This document shows, piece after piece, positions 1-10,910 of a stretch of 64,000 nucleotides of DNA (positions within the stretch are counted from its first letter, which is position 1; each line of letters begins with the position of its first letter). The translations under genes and the position numbers were made by a program. The notes under the pieces were generated by a model, which was not told the DNA's origin, ran no database searches, and saw only the letters and a program-made list of their open reading frames with translations. This stretch comes from Camelus dromedarius (taxonomy: Eukaryota), in assembly GCF_036321535.1 (NCBI RefSeq), contig NC_087437.1:992001-1056000 (forward strand), read 5' to 3'.

Positions 1-132
1 GAACCTGAAAAAGAATAGACTATGTATATGTACAACTGAATCACTATGCTGTATACCTGAAACTAACAAAACAGCTGTATATCTGAAACTAACAAAACAT
101 TGTAAATCAACCACATTTCAATTAAAGAAAAA
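1..132 (+). mobile_element. L1 3' terminus with A-rich tail
   Basis: Typical artiodactyl L1 3' end (aactgaatcactatgctgtatacctgaaactaac...attgtaaatcaac...aattaaag), with an internal ~26-bp tandem duplication. Confidence 0.75.
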
Positions 133-599
133 GATAAGTTCTAAATACCTTTATTCAAAGAAAATCTTCAACTCTTACCTCTTACGGAAAGTAAAATGGG
201 AAGCTTGAGCAGGACCAAATTATACTGAATGAGAGGTTACATACCGTCTCCAGCACGTGGCCCATGCTACACACACATCGTGTTTTCCTTCAGGTAAGAA
301 TGGCCCTTACTGCCCAGGGAGCGAGTCCTCCTTAGACAAGGCCTGTGTGGCAGTGGCCTTCTTGTCACCGCTCCATCTCACCAGGAGGCCAGGATTTTCA
401 GAGCGGAGGGAACACATATCTCATACACTTCAGATCTATTTCCTGAGAAAAACTATGGAAAGACCAAATTCACCTGCAGTGCGGGAAACATGAGCAGGAC
501 CCCTTAGCAGACCGACAAGCCCGAAGCAAGATGGCCTGATGTTCACATCAGAACCAGAACAACAACCGTCTGGCCCCAGTTAAACGATCACCATCTCCC

Positions 600-850
600 C
601 TGCAATGAACGGTTGGTACTCAGTGTCAGGGATGTTTCTGTTGAGACTTGAGAGATCAAAAAAGTCAGACCAGGGAATCCGGACTTGGTGGATGTCCAGG
701 CTCTGCCAATGGTAGAGGCGGCCCCAAGGGGGTATCACCAGCACCGATTCCTCCATTTTCAGCAGGGTCTTCAGGAGGAAGGCGATGTGGATACAGACGC
801 TCCTATGGAGGCTGAAGCCCTCTGGAGGGTTGACGTCACACAGAAGGTAC
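600..850 (-). pseudogene. POFUT2: POFUT2-like pseudogene, exon 2
   Basis: Translates as [75 protein letters not shown], versus POFUT2 [75 protein letters not shown]. The acceptor is intact (tctcctttgctccctgccag); the donor reads GGGAGA instead of GT. Confidence 0.93.
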
Positions 851-1118
851 CTGGCAGGGAGCAAAGGAGAGCGGGTCTTCAGGGCCAAGCCTCTGCACAG
901 GAATCCCGGCTTAGATAGAACAGATACAACGGGAATCCCTGCACAGCCCATGGCCTACAATCCAGACACATTCAGCAGCTTCTGGTTTGTATAGTGGAGG
1001 CACTGCCCACCCGTCTCCATGTGGCCAATTACTTCGAGTCCGGGAGCACATGCAGAAGACATCTTGGCATCTGTCTAACAACGCTAAGTACCTGACTAGT
1101 ACCTGAGCACACGTTCTC

Positions 1119-1587
1119 CAGGGGCTCTCAAGCTTCTTGGCCTACAGACCCCTGTACACTCTTAATTACTGAGGATTCCAAAAGGCTGCTGTTTATGTGG
1201 GTTAAATCTATCAATAGTTCCTGTGTTAGAACTTAAATAAGAACTTTAAAAAATGCTTATGATTTCACTTAAAAATAATAACAACCTACTACATGTTACC
1301 ATTAATACTCTTAAGCAAAAAATAAGTATATTTTTCTAAACAAAAATCATTAATGAGAAGAAGAGCAGTGATTTTAATTTCTGCAAAACTCTTTTGGACT
1401 GGTGAGTTCTGAATTCTATCTGCCTCTAAATTCCCTGTTTTGTGATATCACAGACCAGGTTTTCCCTGGAAATCCCCACAGGAAACTCGGGAGTGCAAGA
1501 GTGTGCAAAAGGCAGGTGACATACCGGCGTTTCTATCAAAATAGTCTTGCATCTCAGGGGCCTCAGACACACTTTGATAACTGCTGC
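1119..1587. mobile_element. hAT-Charlie-type DNA transposon remnant
   Basis: Starts caggggctctcaagctt...cagacccc and ends cacactttgataactgctg, giving degenerate CAG/CTG terminal inverted repeats. Interior is AT-rich. Confidence 0.6.
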
Positions 1588-1989
1588 CCTACCCTAGGCG
1601 AGACTCTCCTACACAAGAGCCAGGCAAGGGTCCTGGCTTCTTTAATGAGTTATCGCAGCCACACTCCTCCCTTCTCTGTGTTAATGTTCCCACAACCTCC
1701 ATTACTGCAGATGAAGATGTAATCCTCAACTGGGGCCTCTAATCCCAGAAGACTGCCAACTTTGAGAGGGAAGGCCCATCTACCATCCCTACACCCCGCA
1801 CAGTCTATTTTGAGTCAAGCCCTAGATAACTGCTAATCGGCAATGACCCTTGTCTTATTCCTGAGTTTTACCGAAGGAGCCAACATCTGGATGGAACTGA
1901 AATTTCCCTGCAGATAAACAAGGCTGATAAACCACCCCATTCCAACATCTGATTCTGGGGCTCTTCAAAACCCGGATAAGGCCCCGCTT

Positions 1990-2880
1990 CATAAAAGTCA
2001 GGTCCTCCGCCTGCCCTTCCCGGGGGTTCTGGGAGGCCGCGGCCAAGCAGGGCTACCCGGACTCGCGGTCCCAGCCCCAGTGCCCGAGGGGGAGGAAAGC
2101 CCGAGGCTGTGCCCCAGCCCTGTCCTCCCCGCCCCAACCCGCTCCCTGGCACCACAGCGCCTCCCCGGCAGCCACACCAACCCGGATCCCACCCCGGTCC
2201 ATGTCCACTGGCCCCGCCAACGGCGCGGCCGTACGTTTACCGTCTGTGGGATGCCGCCCCAGACAGGATGTCGGCCTCCGACTGACCAGGCAAGAACTAG
2301 TCGCCCAGGCGAGCAAGCCGCCAGCCCCAGCAGCAAGCACCGCCATGGTCCCGGGTAGCTGCACACTTCCGGAGCCCGCTGCCCGCCCCAGAAGCTCACA
2401 CCGGCCCGCGCAGAGCGCGGCGCATGTAGCCATGGCAACGCCGCGGGGCCCTCCTCTAGCGCTTGCGTCTGTGTCCTCCCGAGGCTAGACGTGAGAGGGC
2501 AGAAATTGCGGAGCCAATGGGAGCCAGGGCTCGGCCAGGACGGGGGCTGGGGGGAGGCTTATGGGGCAGCTGGGCGGGGCCGGGGCGGGCGGTGCCGAGC
2601 AGACGTCCTCACCTGCAGCTGGCGCCGGCCGGATGCTGGGGCGGTGCTGCCACCAGTGGGCGGGGCTGCGGGGCGGTGGGGCAGCGGGGCGGGGGCACCC
2701 TCACCTGTCCGTGTGTGTGGCTCAGCCTGGGCTCCGCGGCCTCCCCTTGCACCGGACGTGGACCCAGGCTGCCGTTGGGCAAGATAGAGGACTGATCCAA
2801 GGCACAAACGGCTGGCCAGGTAGGGCACCTGAAGTGCAGATCCTCCAGGCCCGCTGCCGGCCTTGAATTCACGCTGCTGG
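1990..2880. promoter_or_regulatory. CpG island / promoter of the POFUT2 copy, possibly bidirectional
   Basis: High GC and CpG content, an ETS-like CCGGAAGT on the minus strand (~2365-2372), CCAAT at ~2514 and GC boxes (GGGCGG) at 2570-2680. Confidence 0.75.
2241..2346 (-). pseudogene. POFUT2: POFUT2-like pseudogene, exon 1 (coding part)
   Basis: ATG at 2346 (gggaccATGG). The 3' part reads [19 protein letters not shown] versus POFUT2 [20 protein letters not shown]. There is a TAG at 2299-2297, the ATG is out of frame with this segment, and a GTAAAC donor follows 2241. Confidence 0.88.
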
Positions 2881-3774
2881 GCAGTTTCCAAGGAGACGGG
2901 ATCTGTCCTAAGAGGGGAGATAGGGCAGGGGTGCCAGATGCCGGGTTAGGTGCAGTCTTACAGGCTAGCCACGGTGAGAGTGTTCAGAAAAGCCCCTGTG
3001 TTGGCGGGGCTAGGAATTTGGGGTATGGGGTGGGGATTGTGTGTGCCATGCTCTGTGGTCTCCCCAAGAACTCTCACCCCCAAGCAAGGGACCCTGCTCC
3101 CTCCACCATTCACTGCACCCCCTGCCTTCCCCAGCACCACTACCCCTGCCCCCGGAGTGTCCCATGACCTCTCCCCACACCGGGCACCGTCCCTGTTACA
3201 GGTACTGAGGTCCTGGTGGTTCCAGCCCGAGGGTGGGGGCTGTATCTGACCAGTTAGGATGCCTGGAGCTTTGTATGAAACCTCAGAGCATAATGCAGAC
3301 GTGCACAGAGGCCCCTCAAACAGGATTCCCTGCATGGCCCTCCCACCACGGACCCACAGCGCAGCTGCCACATCAGGCCAAGCCTGCTGGAAGACCGCTG
3401 GTCCCTCTCATCCTGTTCCTGATCAAGAGTGCACCGGCCACACTGCTGGGTATTTAGGGGGCCTTAGAAGAGCAGCTGGTATTTTCATGGGCAAATATTT
3501 GCTCTTTTGGGAAGATTTCAGTGCAAAGGGATGTAGGATATGCTTTTTCTGTTGCCCTGAAACTGGTGACTAGGATGCAAACTTAAGTCAAAACAGGTTT
3601 TAGAGAGAGCTGCAAAATATCTAACCCAAAGATCACTGTTCCCCAGCAAAGGCAACACCACCTGGCCGGTGGGGTCCTGGTCCCTCATTCTGGAGGTTGG
3701 GGTTTGCACCCTCCAGCTGGGACAGAGCCCGAAACAGCTCTGAACACGCTCCAACAGGCTTTCCCAGCAAAAAC

Positions 3775-4295
3775 GGCCTTTATTTTGAATCTGGGTGAAG
3801 GAACCAGCTGAGACATCTGAGTAAATCTTCCTGGGTGTAACCAGGCCTTTTATGCTGAATGAAAGAACGGCTCTCCACATGCTAACTTCTTAGAACTGAA
3901 TGTGTGTCAAAACCTTCATGCATGTAGCATGTTGGGAACAGCGTTTCATGGTGAGGGGAACTATAAAACTTACATGTGTATGGGGAAGCCCTCACTCCAA
4001 CCGGCTTTTCCTGTGCACACTGCCTTTATTTCGAAATTGGCTGTTGCTGAGAAATCTTGGTAAGCTTTCCTAGGTGTAACCATGCCCATTATGCTGGACG
4101 AAAGAGCGGCTCTACACTTGTTCACATCTCAGAAATGAATGTGTGTTGAAGCCGTCATTCATGTAGCGTGTTGGGAACAGTTTCGTGGTGAGAAGAACTA
4201 TGTAAATTACATGTCTATGATGAAGCAATTGCTCGAAATGGGTATTCCAGCGCATACTGCCTTTATTTCAAAACTGGCTTCTCAGAAGACCTGTG
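3775..4295 (+). repeat. diverged tandem duplication, ~240-bp unit, just over 2 copies
   Basis: gcctttattt recurs at ~3776, 4022 and 4259; ggtgtaacca at ~3834 and 4073; tgaatgtgtgt...catgtagc.tgttgggaacag at ~3897 and 4136. Confidence 0.85.
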
Positions 4296-7200
4296 GTCTC
4301 CACTGCAGGTCTGTCTCCAAGCTCTGGGCCAGCATGGTGACTCTGCTCCCCCTGTCTATTCTGGGAGGTCTAGGGGTCCTCCATGGCCCTTCCACCATTG
4401 TTTCTTTTGGAAACACCCCACAGATGAAATGGGCCTGAGAACAGGAGAGCTGGATGCCAGCAGCCACTGCCCAGTTTGTGGCTCCTAGGAGGGGCATCTC
4501 CTCTCTGTGGGCTCTGATCTCCCCTACCCTCTCCCCTACCCCCACCCCTCTCCTCCTGCATTTCCCAATTGATCCCTGGATAATGGTCCATACCAGGAAT
4601 GACCTGGGAGAGGTTTTATGAGTCCTTAAGGGAAAAAAAAAGAAATCTTTAAACAAATTACTGAAAGTAACTTCCAGCTTTCCCGGGAAAGCCCTCTTTC
4701 CAATGTTTAAGGCTAGTTGACAGGGTGTCAAATTGCCTAACCACTCACATCTGAGCAACTGCTAACTCTTTCCAGTTCCCCGCAGCATCCACCTCTGGCA
4801 GCTTGGCCACAAGAGGGCAAGAAAGCTCTTTCCCCATGCCAGCTCCAGCGTGGCTTTGGAGGCAGTGGAGGCTGAGAGAAAGGGCCCCGCCCTGAAGTTT
4901 GGGGGGCCTCCAGCCACAGCCAGAGGAGCAGGAGTTTTCAGAGTGCCCCAGGAGGGAAACCAGGCAAGGCTGCCTGGCCCAAGTCTTCCCTGCCCAGAGA
5001 GCCCCATGAACTGCTTTGGGCCCCACTCCCCATTTGGGCCCCCTGCAAAAAGTTACCACGGGATCCACACCTGAGAAGGCAGAAGGATGGCCCTTTGGCC
5101 TGGGGTCCCAGCAGGTGTGTCCTGTGATACCTGTGGCCACATATCTTCCTTGTCTCTCCAGGTCAGTGAAGGGTCTGTGCTGGGCACCTTGGTGCTCAGG
5201 AACATGGGAACAACTCTAAACTCAGAAGGACAGAGAGACTCTGCCTGGAAGCAAGGATTCCAGGGAGACGCCTTGCCCAGAACTGGGGGACTGTGTGCTG
5301 AGTAGACTCCTGGAGGCAATGTGGGGCTGTGGGGTCCTCATCAGAGAAGGGAGCAGGTGTGCTTTCCGGGGGTGGAGCCCTGCTTTGTCCAGTCATGTCC
5401 TTGTGTAAGACTCATTTACAAACACCTTCCAGTCCACCTAGGGGTGGCCTCAGAGTTGGGGGTAGAGGAGGAGAGTGAAGGGTGCAGACTTAGGGCCCCC
5501 TGACCCACCCAGGGAGCCAAGGGTCAGTGGGAACATCGTGGGAGTCTAGTGCAGGGGTGGAGGACGAGAACTAAGAACATGCCAAGTCATGCAATAAAGT
5601 GACCTGTGATCACGAGACACAGGTGGCTGTACACCAAAGGAGGGAGATAGAAATTTAGACCCAAGCTCTGAGAACCTTGAGAGGGGCTGGAGGGTCCCAG
5701 GAGCCCTGAGGAACAGCTCTTCTAGGGGCACAGATATCCCAATAAACACATTTCTCATGGATGCTTTTTGGGGTGCAGAGTGAGTTACCAGGATCCTAAA
5801 ACTAGTATGGAATCCCACCCCCTTGTTCATCACGATTCCTGGCAATAAATTGCTGTCATTTGTTCCTGGACATGCACAGGGGAGGTGACTGCTGTGGTGG
5901 TCACTGCAGGACTAGAATCTTCTGGTGTGGGCTCTGTGACCACAGAAACCCAGGGGGATTTCTTAACGGGAGCACCTGGAGTCCATGCCTTCAAGGACCA
6001 CCCTCATGGGATGGCCAATGATCCCGTGGTACCCAGGTCACCAAGTGACGAATTTGTGAGGTTGCCTGGGGTAACCTGGGGACATGTAGGTTTCTGTGGT
6101 CAGCACGTGGGCCCAGCACTGCGGGATGGTCTGCACAAAGAGGGGCCTGCCCTCCTGATGATGGCTTCTAACACCTGCAGGGAAACTGCTCCCTGGGCGC
6201 CTGGAGGTCCATATTGAGAGCGTCCTGCCAGCCATGAGAGATCACCTTCCCCTGATGCAGAGGCAGACCTCTCCCCCTTGAGGCCCAGTGGACACCTGGC
6301 TCAGGTCCCAACTGTGTGCCCTGGACACACAGAGCCCCAGATCTCTGGCACAGACTGGGGTGTGGTTGTGTCGGGGCAGAAAAGGCCCAGGTAAGGGGCT
6401 CATTCAGGGACAGAGGCCACTCTGCAGGGATACTGGACCTGGCAGCAATACACTGCTTCAGAACTTACCTGGGCTGGGTTTCCAAGCTGTGGGATGGAAG
6501 GGCCTCTCCTTCCTGCGGTGCAGTGGGGGGAACTAGATCCATCGTCAATATCAGCCCTGAAAATGGAGGCTGCACTACATCCATTCCTGGAAAGAAAAAT
6601 CAGGCCCCTCCAGTCCAGGTGACTCAGAAAGTCATTCAGCAATGTTCGGGGCCCCCAGTTTAGGCTTTGAATTAGAGCTGAGCGGCTCAGGAGGCCAGAT
6701 CCCTGTCCGTGGCTCCAGGAGTAGGCTTTCTGCTTGGGGACAGGATCCTCACAAACACCTGTGTCTTTGTGGGACTTTCCCCTCTGACCAGCTGGGAGGC
6801 AGGGTGCAGTTGTGGGAAATGGTGTTTCCATGAGCAGAGGGCCACCAAGTGGTGGGGGCACAGGAGACTGTGAGAATGAGTCCCGCAAAATTTCTGGAAT
6901 CAAAAAACTGGCAAATGTGAAAAAGTGCATAATTTGTTTTATCGAACAGGCTGCTTATGTACGTTTGGAGGGCCAGGTTCAAAGACTCTGCATCCATCCA
7001 GGACAATAGCATCAAGAGAAGAACAGACAGAGCAGAAGGAGATCTGGGGTTTCCCCCAGGAATGAGGTGGAACAGGGATTTCTGCAGATTTGCAAGGCGT
7101 CCCCTACCACTGAGCATGGGGTTACAACCCCACGTGACTACCGTCGTGTTTGGCTTGGGCTCTGGATCTGGCCTGCTCATTTATTCTTCCAGCTGAGTTC

Positions 7201-7609
7201 CAGAAACTCAGAGGGTGGACTTTGAGGGGCTGCGTTTGGAACCTAGTGAGGAGCTGGATGGTCCTTTATATTGAGTCCCTTCAGCCTAATCACCGTAGCT
7301 GAATCCCAACACCCCCCAGGCACCCAGGGTGGCTGTGGAGGGAGAGAAAGCCTGGCAGGCGACCTAGGGGTCCCACTGCTCTGTCCCTCCCTTGTCTTCA
7401 TTCCCTTTCACCCCAGAAGGTGTGATTGTCTCGTGTCATGGTGGCCGCCGTAGTGTCCCTCCCAGCAATCTCTCTTCTCCATCAGGTGGGGTTCCCAACC
7501 CCACTCAGCCTTCTCTCTGCATGGATGCTGAAGGACCAGGACCACCTGAATTTCTGAGCTTGAGCAGTAAGGTGGAAAAAAAGAAACCAATGGAAACAAA
7601 GAAACAAGT

Positions 7610-7803
7610 TATTGTGGCAAAACTGCCCACCACAGAGAAGCTCCCCTGAGTGGAAGGGAGGGTGTGGGCATGCCCATTTGTTTCCTGTCTCCCAGTGCTC
7701 TTAGCTTTCTTATTGCAGACCTGCATGGTTACAACAAAATGATCTGCAAAACTGAAAATATTTACTCTCTCGCTTTTACAGAAAAGGCTGGTCAGCCTCT
7801 GGT
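7610..7803. mobile_element. MER58-like hAT remnant
   Basis: gcaaaactgaaaatatttactctct...ttttacagaaaag motif. Confidence 0.55.
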
Positions 7804-8479
7804 CCGGTACCAGGCAAGTGATTGGAGTCCCTTTCCAGTTTGGAAACATCTGGGCAGGCCCAGGTTTGCAAAAGTCTTTAAGAGTAGTTACGGAGTTTTG
7901 CTTCTAAAATTCTTTACGGCTGTATATACTTCTGAGATGCGGTTGTGCTGTGTAATTCTGAGCCGGGATTTTCTCAAACTGTTTCTCACTTCTTATACCA
8001 GACATTCCTAAATTCCAAGGGGAACTGTATATTAAGGAAGCCATGGAATTTAGGAAAAGGATACAGATCTCATTTCCTTTTAAGCATCAGTGTACCTCCA
8101 TCATGGCAGTATTGGTTATGAGTTATTGATAGGGGAATTAAATAGTAACCAGATTAATAGAAAATAGGGGATTTTAGGTACACAGGTTCATCTTTTCAAC
8201 ATTTTTTGTAATATTTGCAGTTTAAGATGGCCATTCCTGAGAAACAGGTAGCCTCTTAGAATGAAATAGCATTTCCTCTGAACCATACTTAATTTTTATT
8301 TCGTAGACAGCAGGAAGGGTAATCACACATCACACATTTGGGGACGTCAAAGAGAAAATGTAACTTTCTGGGAGCGCACTCCCCCATCTCCCCCTGCTCT
8401 TTTCACTGTCCCATTCTCCCTGGAAGGCTCTTTCTTATCTTCTTCTCATGGCTCCAGTAACTCTTTCTTCCTCCTCATC

Positions 8480-10910
8480 CCTCAGCTGATAAGGTTACTT
8501 TTCTACTTTGAACAAGCAAACAAGCCAACAGAAGAGAAGTTTCACAAGCAACTCCCAGCACATCCGCTCACCTAGTGTTGTCTGTGACCTCACTCTCGGT
8601 GCCCCACCTCTTATTACAGGTAACATCGAAAGCCAATTCCTCGAAAAGTCCCCAGGGCCCCATCCCTCCCATCTTCTCTGGGTTGTCACTCCCAAAACCA
8701 TCCTCTCTTTCACTACCTCATCTATTTTGTTCTCCTGCTAGTTGGCTCCCATCAGTATATAAACGTCCATCTTCTTAAAAGAAACAAACAGCACTCCTTG
8801 ACCCTAATTCACCCCCACCAATTGCCACCCTGTGTCTTTGCAGCAAATATTTAAGGAGTTGTTTAAACTCACTGTCTGCATCTTCTCTTGAGCCATCCCC
8901 TTTTACACCCACTCTGGCTCTTCCCCTGATCCCTCGCTCTATGGAAACTGCTCTGTCAAGGCCATCAGTGACCACACGTTGCTAAATATAGTGGTCAATT
9001 TTCAGTCCTCATCATGAGTAGACCCTCGGCAGCATTTGACCCAGCTCTTCCATCCCTCCTCCCCCGTGTTCCTGCTTCACTTAAACTCCAGCCCATCGCT
9101 CAGTCTGTTTTCTGCTTTTGGTCTACTGGCTGGTCCTTTGCCAATGTCTCCTCTTTTTCCCAAACATACACTGTGGGTGTGCCCCAGGGTTGGCTCCTGG
9201 GCCTCTCATCTCTCTCTCTGCTATTCCTTTGGTGGAAGCAACCCAGCCTTGGAAAGTGGCATGCCATCAATTTCTCGATTTCTCCAAAACTCCCTGATTT
9301 GCCCTTTCCATCTGGACCTTTATCCCTGAGACTCACATTCTTTTTCTTTCATTAATCTTGCTTTCACATTCATACATATGTTCTACTATGTAATTACTTT
9401 TCCAAATTTTGTATCAGTAAATATATATATCATGTAAAATGCTCAAATCTGTATTATTTCCACTAAGATGCTTATTCTAACTTAGAACCTTTCTGCATTT
9501 CTGTATTTATGTGGAAAAAGCGAATAGCATTTCTACAAGCCTCATAGTTAAACAGTGTGTTTGTTTGGGGCTATTATGTAACATGAAATAATGATACATT
9601 AACATAGTCCTTTTTCATTTATTTTTATGTAACACCAAGATGAGGTTTTTTCACTGAACACTGGTTTTATTGAAATTTTACCTACGTTATGGACAGTCAG
9701 TTTATGTGAAAGCCCTCATTTCTCCCCTTTCTGATATATTTTCCATTTGGCTATATATAACATATACCTTGGCATGAAACAAACTTCCCAAATCATTCAC
9801 ATAATACAATTAATACATTTAAATTATATTTTTTAAATGTTAAAAAGAAAAAGAAAACAGACTCCTCTACCTATTAGGCATTTCTGTGGCAATATGTAAT
9901 ACACACCTTAACCATGACATTGAAGAACTGAGCTGATACCAGCCCCTTTCCACCTGCTCAGCCCCACCTTGTCCCATCCCTTGTGGATGGAGAGGACATC
10001 CCTCCCATTGTCCAGGTCCAGATGTTGGAACAATGTTCTTTCTGTCTTTCTCTTACACACACAGACAGCAAATCCAGCTTGTTAGAAAATTCTGGGTATT
10101 CTGTCTTCATTAACCACCTGCTCCCTGCTCCCCGCCCTCCTAAGAGCCACCTTCAGCCCTTCCTGGACACCAATAGCCTCCTGTTTCCATCTTTGCTTTC
10201 CTACAATCTCTCATCCACACAGAGTCAGAGGGAGCCTGCAAAACATACATTGATGGGGTGGGTTTAGTTCAGTGGTAGGGCGCATGCTTAGCATGCAAGA
10301 GATCCTGGGTTCAAAAATGATTATAAATCAATAAAAAATGTTAAAAAAAAAAAAAGAGATCCTGGGTTCAATCCCCAGCACCTTCATTAAAATAAATAAA
10401 TTACCTCCCACAAAAAAACACAAACACAAAAGCTTAAGTTGGACTATATCACCCCTCCCCTCAAAACTCACTAAACGGGTCATCATTTCATTAGGAGCCA
10501 AAGTCATCACAAAGGCCTCAGGACCCGGCGTGCTCTGCCTCTCTGCCCACACTCTCCCCCTCACTCAGGGGGCCTCTGACTCCGGCTCTTCCTTCTTCCT
10601 CCGGATCTATTCTGCTTCAAGTTCATTACTCCGTGAGATCTGCCAGGATTGCCTTATTCCCTCCTGCCTGCCTCCCACCCCACCGCCATCACCGGAGTTT
10701 GCTCATATCACTCTTTTTTTTTTTTTAATTTTTCCAAGCTCTTACTACCCCCAACATGCTGCCTGTTTCCTCTACTAAAACTCTGAGCCCCCAGTGATGG
10801 GGAGTCATGTCTATTTTGTTGACTGATAAAGCCCGAGAACCTTGTGAATTGGTCTAGTTAGGAGATTCCCGTACGTAGTAGGAGCTTATACACATTTGCT
10901 GAATGACTGT
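8480..10910 (+). mobile_element. fragmented ancient L2, interrupted by younger insertions
   Basis: Pyrimidine-rich L2-type motifs (gaaactgctctgtcaagg...ttgctaaa...tggtcaattttcagtcctcatc; gtgccccagggtt) and a terminal atttgctgaatga at ~10895. Confidence 0.55.
10254..10430 (+). mobile_element. tRNA-derived SINE (camelid type) with a nested insertion
   Basis: A-box (tagttcagtggtag), gcatgcttagcatgc, B-box (cctgggttcaatcccc) and an aaataaataaattacctccc tail. Confidence 0.85.

Noticed and set aside
580..951. 123-aa ORF as a functional POFUT2 CDS
   Set aside because: Only 600-850 is homologous and the flanks are intron read-through. Exon 1 has a stop and frameshift, the donor is lost, and conserved residues are substituted.
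10254..10380. tRNA gene
   Set aside because: The A and B boxes belong to a tRNA-derived SINE with an A-rich tail and other copies in the window; no full cloverleaf is evident.
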